Source: Candidatus Micrarchaeia archaeon
GTDB lineage: Archaea > Micrarchaeota > Micrarchaeia > Anstonellales > Bilamarchaeaceae
Direction: 5' to 3'
NCBI GenBank assembly: GCA_041649555.1
Contig: JBAZMS010000001.1
Location: 11,122 to 75,121 of the forward strand
Length of the DNA stretch: 64,000 bases
Below are positions 37,484 to 46,840 of the stretch, one piece after another; the first letter of the stretch is position 1; every line of letters starts with the position of its first letter. The translations under genes were made by a program, and so were the position numbers. The notes below the pieces were generated by a model. The model was not told where the DNA came from and made no database searches. It was given only the letters and a program-made list of their open reading frames with translations.

Positions 37484-38806
37484 TTATTCCAAATTAGACA
37501 AAATTATTTTTCGTATATCTGCTGCCATTTTTTCAAGCCTTGTTTTTTCCAAGTATTCCATAGTCATCCTTATAAATGGTTCTGTTCCTGAAGCCCTTAT
37601 TAAAAACCATCCATCCTGCTGGTCAATTCGTATCCCATCATCATCCCGTATGCTTCCAACAAATTTTGCATCCTTTTTTATTTTTTCAATAATTTTATAT
37701 TTTTTTGAGTTATCACATTCAAATTTTTCCCTAACCATCGGATAACAAGGGTATTTTTCCCTTAACTCTGACAATTTTTTCTGCATGCAAAAAATTTCTG
37801 CAAATTTTGCCCCAGTTAAAATCCCATCCGGAGAACAGACTCCATCCTTAAAAATATACTCCCCACATGGCTCTCCTCCAAACACTGCGTTTTCTTTTTG
37901 CAGGGCTTTTGAAACAAAAAGGCTTCCAACAGGGGTTATTATTGGCAATGCCCCTGCTTTTTCAATTGTTTTTTTCACAATTAAAGATGCCTCGATAGTT
38001 GTAATAATTTTTTTTGCAGGCGTTTTGTTTTTTTTCATTTCATTTTCAATTATAGCTGCAAGCTGAACATCTAGTGGAAATACCACTCCTTTTTCATCAA
38101 CAATTACTGCCCTGTCTGCATCTCCATCATACCCGATTCCAAAATCCGCGGATTCTTCAACCACTCTTTTTGATAAAATGAGTAAATTTTTTGAGTTGGG
38201 TTCAGATGGCCTTTCAAATTTTTCAAGAGAAGTGTGAATTGAGACAACCCTGCAGCCAATCTCCTCCATTAATTTTGGGGCGATTACTGATGCAGGACCG
38301 TTGCAGTCTAAAACCACTTTTGGTTTTTTCGCTTGTATTAATTTCAAATCTATCAGTTTTTTTATCAGATTTTTATGTTCTAAAACTGCGTTTTCATAAA
38401 TTCTTACAACACCTGTCTTGTTCCAATTGCAAAATGATATCCTATTTTCACAGTATGCTTTTGTGATTTTTTCTTCCGTTTCTCTTGAAATTTCCAGTCC
38501 TTTTGAAAATAATTTTAATCCATTATATTCAGGTGGGTTATGCGATGCAGTAACCATAATTCCGTTACAATTTAGATTTTTGCAGGCAAGTGCAAGGGTG
38601 GGGGTTGGAACAATTCCAATATCTATTGCATCTTTTCCTTTTGATAAGACTCCTGAAACAAGAGCCAGGGACAATACCTTTCCAGAACCTCTGATATCTC
38701 TTCCAATAACTGTCGTTTCACCTGCTGACAAATTTCCGATTTTTAAAGCTAATTCTCCGGTTACCTCTTTTCCATAAAGTCCTCTTATTCCGCTTGTTCC
38801 AAACAT
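37484..38806 (-). CDS. Phosphohexomutase (phosphoglucomutase/phosphomannomutase/phosphoglucosamine mutase family)
   Basis: MFGTSGIRG start. Active-site Ser loop TASHNPPEYNGLK. Metal-binding GYDGDADR. Sugar-binding GGEPCGEY. Confidence 0.85.
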   Translation of the reverse strand: MFGTSGIRGLYGKEVTGELALKIGNLSAGETTVIGRDIRGSGKVLSLALVSGVLSKGKDAIDIGIVPTPTLALACKNLNCNGIMVTASHNPPEYNGLKLFSKGLEISRETEEKITKAYCENRISFCNWNKTGVVRIYENAVLEHKNLIKKLIDLKLIQAKKPKVVLDCNGPASVIAPKLMEEIGCRVVSIHTSLEKFERPSEPNSKNLLILSKRVVEESADFGIGYDGDADRAVIVDEKGVVFPLDVQLAAIIENEMKKNKTPAKKIITTIEASLIVKKTIEKAGALPIITPVGSLFVSKALQKENAVFGGEPCGEYIFKDGVCSPDGILTGAKFAEIFCMQKKLSELREKYPCYPMVREKFECDNSKKYKIIEKIKKDAKFVGSIRDDDGIRIDQQDGWFLIRASGTEPFIRMTMEYLEKTRLEKMAADIRKIILSNLE

Positions 38807-38899
38807 AAAAACACAGAACTCTTATAAATAAAATATAAGATAATATTTATTAATAAAACACTTAGATTTAAAAACCTAATCATACATATATAAACACTA

Positions 38900-40465
38900 A
38901 TGAATTATAAAAAACCACACTGGCCAGATCTTGCAAGGCCAAAATTTGAAAGATTTAGAGAAATGAAGGGCTGCAAACCATTAGTTGATAGTTTAAGTTC
39001 CATCTGCCAGTCCTTCAAAGGAATTGAAGCTGAAACATTACCTTTTAATCAAAAAAACTATTTGGCCCTAGTTAATAGTAAAGGTGATATGGATGTTTTA
39101 GGGCTCGTCAGTCTAATTTTAGAAATAAAAAAAACCGGAATAGAGAATTTCGGCTTTGTTAAAACCAATTCAATGCCAAGCGATCTAGTTACTGCGCTAG
39201 CATGTGCAGTCGGCCAATATCAAATTAAAGAGTCCATTGATAAAAACACTCTGGAAAGAATAAATAATTTAAAAACCCAAATCGAACATATAACGAAAAA
39301 AATGTTTAGATACTGCAACACGCTGTTAAATGAGGTATATAATTCTTCCAAAAGAGATCCAACCCTAGACCCAAGAACCAAAAAAGCAAAAACTGAAGAG
39401 ATGCAAGAGGCGATTCATTTAATACTGGCCCATAGATTTATTGTATATTTGAGCACGATATTAGAAATACCTGAAATCGAAAACCTTGCAAAAATAATCA
39501 AATATCCTGACTTTGAGGATGTTTATGCCTTAGAAAAAATAGATAGAAAAATAGCTGCCCTTAGAAATAAAAATCCGATCAAAAGAATGGAACTTTTAAG
39601 ATTAAAATATGGGCTTATATGCCCTGATGCACTCAAAGAAATTAGAAAACAATCAGAAATTCCAGAAAAAGCAAGAGTAATTGCTGATAATCCTGCTTGG
39701 ATAAATACAATGCAAACTGAGATACTTCCTCAAACACCTGCCCCAGAGCAAAAGGGCGATAATTACTTTAGGGCTCTTTATCCAAGATTAACTGCTCTTG
39801 TGCTAGGCCCGGATAAATCTAGTAAGGTTAATAATCGTCTTCTTAGAAAGTTAGTAAAAACTCTTGAAAGTGTGGGCATTCCTAAGGAATTTTATACTGA
39901 AAAAATAGGTGACGGATGCAGGGATGCTGCTCAAATAATTGAAGCATATACTCAGAGTTCCCAAAGTTGTGATGCTGTATCTGCAAAACCAGAAAAATCC
40001 TATTTCCCACCTGCCGCCCAAAAAAAATCCTGCAATGTGAATCCAAGAATGCAAGAAGATAGCGCCCAGAAAATATTAGAAAGATTAATTTTTGAAAGAT
40101 TTAAATCTGATTTAAATAAATTACCCCCAGATAAAAAGACTCTTTTAGAACAAACTCAGGAAGAAATAATCAGTTTTATAAAAAAATATATCTCTTATTT
40201 GAACATGCCCGAAGGAGAAAGAGGAGTATTTGCAGTAAATGATTCTGCTAATAATACCTCATTTAAGGAAAAAAGAAATATTGAAGGAAAAGACCCGCAG
40301 GGTTGGAGACTTTTTGTAAAATCCTATGGTTCTTCAAGAATAGTTTTAAGTATAAAAATTGATGAAAATAAAATTGCCCTTTATCTGGTTGAAACAAACC
40401 ATTCCAAATATTCTACTAACCTTGCAATGCTAACTTACCTTAAAAATGGGGCTGTCAGAATCTAA
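38900..40465 (+). CDS. Large hypothetical protein (521 aa) with possible C-terminal RelE/ParE-like toxin-fold region
   Basis: No recognisable N-terminal domain. Last ~60 aa (GWRLFVKSYGSSRIVLSIKIDENKIALYLVETNHSKY) follow the RelE/ParE pattern W..r.g.yRi.Y.vd.e...v.il.v.H. Confidence 0.35.
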   Translation: MNYKKPHWPDLARPKFERFREMKGCKPLVDSLSSICQSFKGIEAETLPFNQKNYLALVNSKGDMDVLGLVSLILEIKKTGIENFGFVKTNSMPSDLVTALACAVGQYQIKESIDKNTLERINNLKTQIEHITKKMFRYCNTLLNEVYNSSKRDPTLDPRTKKAKTEEMQEAIHLILAHRFIVYLSTILEIPEIENLAKIIKYPDFEDVYALEKIDRKIAALRNKNPIKRMELLRLKYGLICPDALKEIRKQSEIPEKARVIADNPAWINTMQTEILPQTPAPEQKGDNYFRALYPRLTALVLGPDKSSKVNNRLLRKLVKTLESVGIPKEFYTEKIGDGCRDAAQIIEAYTQSSQSCDAVSAKPEKSYFPPAAQKKSCNVNPRMQEDSAQKILERLIFERFKSDLNKLPPDKKTLLEQTQEEIISFIKKYISYLNMPEGERGVFAVNDSANNTSFKEKRNIEGKDPQGWRLFVKSYGSSRIVLSIKIDENKIALYLVETNHSKYSTNLAMLTYLKNGAVRI

Positions 40466-41520
40466 AATATATTTTTTATAAAATGAGAAATTAGGCCAGC
40501 ATTCATTAATTTTGAAGGCCTGTCCATATCCCCATTTTCAGATATATACAAATCAAAATCATATTTTTTTATAAAATTTCCAATCTGGCTTAGCCTTTGG
40601 TCAGATTGTTTCTCAAGAAAGGATTGGGCAAATGAATGCAGTTTTAGTTCAAATTCAAATTTTTTTCTCCAGACTTTCTCGTATTCCAAAGGATTTTGAT
40701 TGTATATTCCTGCAATTTTTGCGCAGTTTCCCCCAAAAATGACCCCTCCTCCGGTGGTTGATTTTACCTGCCCTGCTGCATCCCCAACTAAAATTATTTT
40801 TTTTTCTCCAAGTTGCATTGCTGTTTTTTTTCTAGGTTTAATCGGTATTATAGAATAGAGTATTTTTTCAGGACAAATCCCTATTTTTTTTGAGAACCTA
40901 TCAAATGATTCTTTGATATTGTTTGGAAGAATTGCTCCGCATCCAATTTCGCATTCCTCTTCATTTTGGGGGATAACCCACCCAAAAAATCCATTGAAAA
41001 TTTTATTTGCGTAATAAAGATAAACCTTTTTTGTATCAGGGCAGGAATATCTTATTCTTGTTTTTGCAGTTGCTACAAATTTTTCGATTTTTGGAAATTT
41101 GAAATAAGTCGCCACTTGTGAATTTGGCCCATCTGCTCCGATTATAGTTTCAAATCCGGAAAAATCCGTAATCCTTTTATTTAATTTTATGTTGACGCCT
41201 TCTCCTTTGGCATTGGAATAAAGCGCTCCATCAAGTTTTTCACGCGGGATTAAATATGCAACATCCTCTTTTTTTTCAATTATTATTTTTTCTCCTGCAA
41301 AATCAATAATTGCTCCGTTAAAGCTGTTTTTTATCAACTTTTTATAATCTATAAATTCTGTTAATGTTTCAAGCCCTGTTTTTGAAAAAAGTCCTGAGCA
41401 ATTTTCTCGTTTCCCGCAAAAATTATGTTCTTCATATATGCATGGATTAAGATTATTTCTTTGGGCAGAAATAGAACTTATAAGTCCTGCAGGCCCAGCA
41501 CCAATTATACTCACATCCAT
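40462..41520 (-). CDS. FAD-dependent oxidoreductase of the geranylgeranyl reductase family
   Basis: N-terminal dinucleotide-binding motif VSIIGAGPAGL. GDAAG motif (ILVGDAAGQV). About 352 aa. Confidence 0.55.
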   Translation of the reverse strand: MDVSIIGAGPAGLISSISAQRNNLNPCIYEEHNFCGKRENCSGLFSKTGLETLTEFIDYKKLIKNSFNGAIIDFAGEKIIIEKKEDVAYLIPREKLDGALYSNAKGEGVNIKLNKRITDFSGFETIIGADGPNSQVATYFKFPKIEKFVATAKTRIRYSCPDTKKVYLYYANKIFNGFFGWVIPQNEEECEIGCGAILPNNIKESFDRFSKKIGICPEKILYSIIPIKPRKKTAMQLGEKKIILVGDAAGQVKSTTGGGVIFGGNCAKIAGIYNQNPLEYEKVWRKKFEFELKLHSFAQSFLEKQSDQRLSQIGNFIKKYDFDLYISENGDMDRPSKLMNAGLISHFIKNIF

Positions 41521-41573
41521 AATAAAATATTTTTAAATATCAATAAAAATGCATCTGATGAAATAAATCTTCT

Positions 41574-42134
41574 TCAAATTATCTCTATTTTTTTTGAAGC
41601 TGATATATCCATTGCCTGCGGAATATCCAGTTTTGCATCAATTCTCCAAAATCTTTTGGTCTCATCATAATCAAAATTCTTTTTAGTGGACTTTGCACCC
41701 CAGGGAATTTCAAATTCGATATTAAATTTTTCACTTGAAAATTTTCCATTCGCAATTATTTTTTTTATTTCCGAGTAAATTGTCTCTGTTTTTTCAGAAA
41801 TTATTGTTCTAAGATGAGTTGACCTTGGGATGCCTATTTCTTTATCCAGCCTGTAATCATACTGGTCCATTTCCCGCATTGACTTTATTCTTTTTGTTTG
41901 TATGCAGTTTAAGTTTATCTCTAATGCTCGTGCATTTATCTGCGCGCCGAGTTTGAGTTCAATTTCTGCATGTATTATTTCCCCCGCGAAATATTTTTCC
42001 TTGTCAGTACTTATCTTAATGTTGCTTTGCAGTATGTTTATATATTTCATTATTTTTGATACACCGGCATCAATTATTCTTTTTGGCATAAACTTATTTT
42101 TGCAGTTATCTTTTTTATATCTATTTTTCTCCAC
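41574..42134 (-). CDS. Hypothetical protein, possibly arrestin-like/Spo0M-like beta-sandwich
   Basis: YFAGEIIHAEIELKL resembles the GE.V.G.V motif of Spo0M/arrestin-N-like proteins. Weak. Confidence 0.25.
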   Translation of the reverse strand: MEKNRYKKDNCKNKFMPKRIIDAGVSKIMKYINILQSNIKISTDKEKYFAGEIIHAEIELKLGAQINARALEINLNCIQTKRIKSMREMDQYDYRLDKEIGIPRSTHLRTIISEKTETIYSEIKKIIANGKFSSEKFNIEFEIPWGAKSTKKNFDYDETKRFWRIDAKLDIPQAMDISASKKIEII

Positions 42135-42180
42135 TCTTCAAAAAGAATAGTTATTTAATTTTTGTAATCTATAAGAACCC

Positions 42181-42669
42181 ATGACAAATTCATGCGAAGT
42201 TTGCGGAAACAGGGAGGCAAAATTCATAATTTTAATTCAGGGCGCAAAACTTACCGCCTGTCCGGTATGCGCAAGAGAAGGAAAAATACTTTTTGCACTA
42301 ACTGATTTTCAGGAAAGCCAGGAATTGGTTTCTTTTGCAAGGCCCCCGCGGGATTTAAGAGAAGAAGAGGCTCCGGTTGAAAACTTTGGAAAAATAATGA
42401 GAGAGGCAAGAAACAAGAAAGGAATTAAAATAGATGAGCTTGCCATGCAGATAAATGAAAAGGCAAGCTATCTTGAGCATATCGAACGGGAAAGCACTAC
42501 CCCTCCTCTTAAAGTTTTGAAAAAAATCGAAAAATCCCTTGAAATCAAACTCGTTGAAAAATCCTCTCCGTCTTTGGTTGATGATACGAGCCATCTCAAA
42601 CAATCCCAAAAAAAGGATTTTACACTTGCAGATGCACTTGAATTTGAGAAAAATAAAAAGAAAAAATAG
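42181..42669 (+). CDS. mbf1: Archaeal multiprotein-bridging factor 1 (Zn-ribbon + HTH-XRE)
   Basis: N-terminal CEVCGN...CPVC zinc ribbon. C-terminal HTH (GKIMREARNKKGIKIDELAMQINEKASYLEHIER). Confidence 0.8.
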   Translation: MTNSCEVCGNREAKFIILIQGAKLTACPVCAREGKILFALTDFQESQELVSFARPPRDLREEEAPVENFGKIMREARNKKGIKIDELAMQINEKASYLEHIERESTTPPLKVLKKIEKSLEIKLVEKSSPSLVDDTSHLKQSQKKDFTLADALEFEKNKKKK

Positions 42670-42672
42670 GTT

Positions 42673-43716
42673 TTGAAAATGGGCGTGGATATCGGAGATT
42701 TAGCAATAAAAAATCCAGTTGATTTTTCCTCCCTTTATGGAAAAAACATCTCAATAGATGCATTCAATTCAATCTATCAATTTTTAGCATCAATAAGACA
42801 GCCCGATGGAACACCCCTTCAGGATTTTTCCGGAAATATTACCTCACATCTTTCTGGCTTGTTTTACAGAACCTCAAAATTTTTGGAATCCGGCATAAAA
42901 CCTATTTATGTTTTTGACGGAAAACCCCCTGAATTCAAAAAAGATACAATCAAGGAAAGGATAAAAAACAAAAAAGAGGCAGAAGAAAAATGGAAAAAAG
43001 CCCTTGAAGATGAAAGATATGAGGATGCAAAAAAATATGCACAGGCAACATCAAGATTAACCTCAGAAATGGTTGAAGAGTGCAAAACACTTTTAGACGG
43101 AATGGGAGTGCCATATATACAGGCAAAAAGTGAAGGAGAGGCGCAATCTGCAATAATGGCAAAAAAAGGAATGGTTTATGCCTCTGCATCCCAGGATTAT
43201 GATTCCCTTCTTTTTGGTGCGCCGCTTCTTTTAAGAAACCTTTCATTAACCGGAAGAAGAAAAGTTCCGGGCAAAGATAAATATATTTTAGTTGAACCAG
43301 AGCAGATAAGCCTTTCAGAAGTATTGGAAAAAAATAAAATAACTCTTGAAAAATTAATCTGGATAGGGGTTTTATGCGGAACTGATTTTAACAAGGGGGT
43401 TAGGAGGGTTGGCCCGAAAACAGCCCTAAAGCTTGTTCTCGAGTTTGATGATTTTTCCAGGCTTAAAAAACACGCAGAGGAAAAATATTCCCATTCTTTT
43501 GAAACCGACCCGGAAAAAGTAATTGATTTTTTTAAAAATCCACCCTATCTTGAAGTAAATAAAATAAACTTTGGAAAAATAAATGAGAATTCAATAAAAC
43601 ACCTTTTATGTGAAAAACACGATTTTTCAGAAGACAGGGTAGAAAGGACAATTTCTAATCTTTTGAAAATTTCAGATGAAATTTCAGGCCAGAGCAAACT
43701 TGATTCCTGGTTTTAG
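42673..43716 (+). CDS. fen: Flap endonuclease 1
   Basis: MGVDIGDL N-terminus, IYVFDGKPPEFK, helical arch, GVPYIQAKSEGEAQSA, CGTDFN motifs. Confidence 0.9.
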   Translation: MKMGVDIGDLAIKNPVDFSSLYGKNISIDAFNSIYQFLASIRQPDGTPLQDFSGNITSHLSGLFYRTSKFLESGIKPIYVFDGKPPEFKKDTIKERIKNKKEAEEKWKKALEDERYEDAKKYAQATSRLTSEMVEECKTLLDGMGVPYIQAKSEGEAQSAIMAKKGMVYASASQDYDSLLFGAPLLLRNLSLTGRRKVPGKDKYILVEPEQISLSEVLEKNKITLEKLIWIGVLCGTDFNKGVRRVGPKTALKLVLEFDDFSRLKKHAEEKYSHSFETDPEKVIDFFKNPPYLEVNKINFGKINENSIKHLLCEKHDFSEDRVERTISNLLKISDEISGQSKLDSWF

Positions 43717-43760
43717 GAAGCACCCAACTATTTATAATGTTTTTTTATAATCTATAATTA

Positions 43761-44672
43761 ATGCCAGAGCTATCTGTTAATCTTGGAAAATTAAAATTGG
43801 AAAATCCAACGATCCTTGCATCAGGAATACTTGGAACAACAAAACCACTTCTTTTAAAAATTGCAAATTCGGGAGCTGGCGCAGTAACCTCAAAATCAAT
43901 TTCAATAGAGGAGAGAAAAGGGCACAATTCTCCGATAATTGCAGAATTTTCTTCAGGCCTTTTAAATGCAGTCGGATATAAAAATCCAGGAATTGATAAG
44001 GCTATTGAGGAGTTTTCAGGCTGGAGTTCAAAAATACCCTTAATTATAAGCATTGTTGGAAAAGATGCAGAGGAATTTAAAATTCTTGCAAAAAAAATAA
44101 ACCAAATAAATTGCACTGCTCTGGAAATTGTGCTTTCCTGTCCGCATACTCCGGGGTTTGGAACACTTGCAGGGCAAAATAAACCAGATATAACTTATGA
44201 AATAACAAAAAAAGTAAGAGAGAACACTTCCCTTCCATTAATTGTAAAGCTATCCCCCAATTCTCCAGAACTTTCAAAAACAGCAAAAAAAGCAGAGCAG
44301 GCAGGCGCAGACATAATAAATATGGGAAATTCTGCAGGCCCGGGAATGATAATTGATATTGAAAGAAAAAAACCGGTGCTTCATTTTGGTTTTGGTGGAA
44401 TCTCTGGCCCTGCAATAAAGCCGCTTTCAATAAGATGTGTGTATGATATCTATAAATCAGTGGAAATTCCAATAATTGGAACAGGTGGAATAACAAACGG
44501 AAAAGATGCGATAGAAATTTTAATGGCAGGAGCATCCGCAGTTGGAATCGGAACAGCAGTTTATTATAGGGGAATTGATGTTTTTTCAAAAATAAATAGT
44601 GAAATTTCAGATTGGATGAAAAAACACAATTATAAATCAATTGACGAACTGGTTGGTGCTGTGCATGTTTGA
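43761..44672 (+). CDS. pyrD: Dihydroorotate dehydrogenase (class 1B catalytic subunit)
   Basis: LENPTILASGILG, NAVGYKNPG, LEIVLSCPHTPG (catalytic Cys), GTGGITNGKDAIE. Confidence 0.85.
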   Translation: MPELSVNLGKLKLENPTILASGILGTTKPLLLKIANSGAGAVTSKSISIEERKGHNSPIIAEFSSGLLNAVGYKNPGIDKAIEEFSGWSSKIPLIISIVGKDAEEFKILAKKINQINCTALEIVLSCPHTPGFGTLAGQNKPDITYEITKKVRENTSLPLIVKLSPNSPELSKTAKKAEQAGADIINMGNSAGPGMIIDIERKKPVLHFGFGGISGPAIKPLSIRCVYDIYKSVEIPIIGTGGITNGKDAIEILMAGASAVGIGTAVYYRGIDVFSKINSEISDWMKKHNYKSIDELVGAVHV

Positions 44673-45405
44673 TATGCAGACTTTCAGGATAAAAAAAATC
44701 ATAAAGGAAAATTACCGGATCAATTCAATTATTCTGGATGGAAAATTAGATGCAGGGCCCGGGCAATTTCTAATGATATGGATTCCAGATATTGATGAAA
44801 AGCCGTTTGGAATTGCAGATTCAGATCCTCTTACCCTCTCTATTGCAAATGTCGGGCCTTTTAGTTCAAAACTGCATTCCTTAAAAGAAGGTGAATTTCT
44901 TTCCTTTAGGGGCCCTGTTGGAACCTCATTTAATCTGAAAAATGAGAAAAGAATAATTCTTGTTGCAGGAGGCTATGGTGTTGTTCCCCTTTATTTTCTT
45001 GCAAAAATCGCAATAGAAAAAAAAATTAAATGCACTATTATACTTGGCGCAAAAACAAAAAAAGACCTTGTCTATCAGGATAATTTTGAAAAGCTCGGCT
45101 GCACAGTTATTACATGCACCGATGACGGCTCCTGCGGAGAAAAAGGCATTGTCACATTTCCTCTTGAGAATCTATTGAAAAAAGAAAAATTTGATAAATT
45201 ATTTTCCTGTGGTCCTAATATAATGATGAAATCAGTTGGAAAAATAGCAGATAAATATAAATTGGACTATGAATTCAGCCTCGAAGCATATATGAAATGC
45301 GGGATGGGAATCTGCGGCTCTTGTGCGATTGGTGATAAATTAGTCTGCAAGGACGGGCCAGTGTTTAATAAAAAAGAATTAGAAAAATTAGGATTTTTTA
45401 GATAA
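44641..45405 (+). CDS. pyrK: Dihydroorotate dehydrogenase electron-transfer subunit
   Basis: Overlaps pyrD. FAD/NAD-binding ferredoxin-reductase-like core (LSFRGPVG, ILVAGGYGVVPL). C-terminal 2Fe-2S cysteine cluster CGMGICGSCAIGDKLVC. Confidence 0.8.
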   Translation: MTNWLVLCMFDMQTFRIKKIIKENYRINSIILDGKLDAGPGQFLMIWIPDIDEKPFGIADSDPLTLSIANVGPFSSKLHSLKEGEFLSFRGPVGTSFNLKNEKRIILVAGGYGVVPLYFLAKIAIEKKIKCTIILGAKTKKDLVYQDNFEKLGCTVITCTDDGSCGEKGIVTFPLENLLKKEKFDKLFSCGPNIMMKSVGKIADKYKLDYEFSLEAYMKCGMGICGSCAIGDKLVCKDGPVFNKKELEKLGFFR

Positions 45406-45488
45406 TTATACTTATCTTCCATCAGGTGAAATATCTTCAATTTCATCTCCCCAAAACTGGGCGGGCTTGAAATAGAAACCGAATAATC

Positions 45489-46733
45489 CTATTTTTTCTT
45501 AGTTATCTCGTCATTTTTCCAGACAAGATAATATTTAATTATTTTTAAATCTTTTTTTTCAATATCTATCCTAGAATTTTCCTTTACGATAAGATATCTT
45601 TTAGTAATTCCTATTTTTTTTGCAGATTGGGAATAAAGATTTTTCACATCCCGCCTATCAACTATATTCCTATATTTCACCTCGATTCCCTTTACATTTC
45701 CATTTTTAATTATAAAATCAATTTCCTCGTTTCGTTCATTATAAAAAAATTCAGCATCTATCTGAAATGCGACATCTGTTTCTATTATTTTATCCATCTT
45801 CGCTTCAAGTTCAATATATCCTGCAAGCGTTGTGCAGAATGGATAAAATTTTTTAGCTTTTGTTTCTGTTTTTCTTGCATTATTTGAATAATTATATACT
45901 CTTCTAACCAAAGAACTTTTTATAAGAAATTCCAGATATTCTGATATTGTTTTTCTATCAGACCCAAAATCCTTGGCAAGATCAGTATAACCCATTATTT
46001 GGCCCGGGTCTCGTAATATAATTTTTATTAAGGAATGCAAAAGCTCCTTATTGGGGTTTTCAAGATAAAGAATGCTGTCTTCAAATATTACTTTTTTTAT
46101 TATTCCTGAAACATACTCTCTCGGGTTAATGTTTTTATCCAAAATCAAATCAGGATATTGCCTAAACAAATAAAAATTATAATCCTCCAAAATCCCGTCT
46201 TCCAGGCCTGTCTTCAAAACACTCCCTCGCTCTGAAAAATCCAAATATTCCTCAAAGGAGAGGGGTTTTATAAAAAACTCAATCATTCTTCCTGCGAGAT
46301 TTTCTTTTTTACTTCCTCTAAGTGTTGAACCACTTATCACTATTTTTGAATTCGGATAATTATCATATATTACTTTACAGTACTTCTGCCATTCTTTTAT
46401 TTTTTGTATTTCATCAAAGAAAAAATATATCTTTCCCTCTCTTAATGATTTACCGCGTATCCTTTCATATTCTTTTATAATGCCCAATGGATCTTCATAA
46501 TACTCATCAAAAGAGTGATACAAAATATCTACTGGCAGTTCCCCATTTTTTATAAGATAATCTATCAATTGTCTCATCAAAACTGATTTCCCAACTCTTC
46601 GTGGACCTTCAATGGATATTATTAATTTATTTTTAATCTCTTTTTTTAGTTTTTCAATTATTTTTCTTTTCTTTGGGTATTCATAACTTCTTCCTTCCCA
46701 CTGAATATTTTCAATTTTTAAAAATTCTTTCAT
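45489..46733 (-). CDS. AAA_14 / DUF4143-family ATPase (P-loop NTPase with C-terminal restriction-endonuclease-like domain)
   Basis: P-loop IEGPRRVGKSVLMRQL. DE motif (FFFDEIQKI). C-terminal EIDFIIKNGNVKGIEVKY typical of DUF4143. Confidence 0.6.
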   Translation of the reverse strand: MKEFLKIENIQWEGRSYEYPKKRKIIEKLKKEIKNKLIISIEGPRRVGKSVLMRQLIDYLIKNGELPVDILYHSFDEYYEDPLGIIKEYERIRGKSLREGKIYFFFDEIQKIKEWQKYCKVIYDNYPNSKIVISGSTLRGSKKENLAGRMIEFFIKPLSFEEYLDFSERGSVLKTGLEDGILEDYNFYLFRQYPDLILDKNINPREYVSGIIKKVIFEDSILYLENPNKELLHSLIKIILRDPGQIMGYTDLAKDFGSDRKTISEYLEFLIKSSLVRRVYNYSNNARKTETKAKKFYPFCTTLAGYIELEAKMDKIIETDVAFQIDAEFFYNERNEEIDFIIKNGNVKGIEVKYRNIVDRRDVKNLYSQSAKKIGITKRYLIVKENSRIDIEKKDLKIIKYYLVWKNDEITKKK

Positions 46734-46760
46734 AATCAGCTTATTTATAGAAATCTTTTT

Positions 46761-46814
46761 AAATAGTTAGCCAACTTTGTTACAAACTTGGAGTAAGATT
46801 AATACCAACTTTGT
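46761..46814. promoter_or_regulatory. Two copies of a ~20-bp near-palindromic motif (CCAACTTTGTtACAAAcTTGG at 46761-46781, CCAACTTTGTagCAAAtTTG at 46795-46814) upstream of the AAA_14 ATPase gene
   Basis: Read directly. First copy is a 21-bp palindrome with one symmetric mismatch. Copies share the first 10 nt and lie 28-81 nt upstream of the minus-strand start at 46733. Confidence 0.35.
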
Positions 46815-46840
46815 AGCAAATTTGAAAAAAAGAAAAAAAA

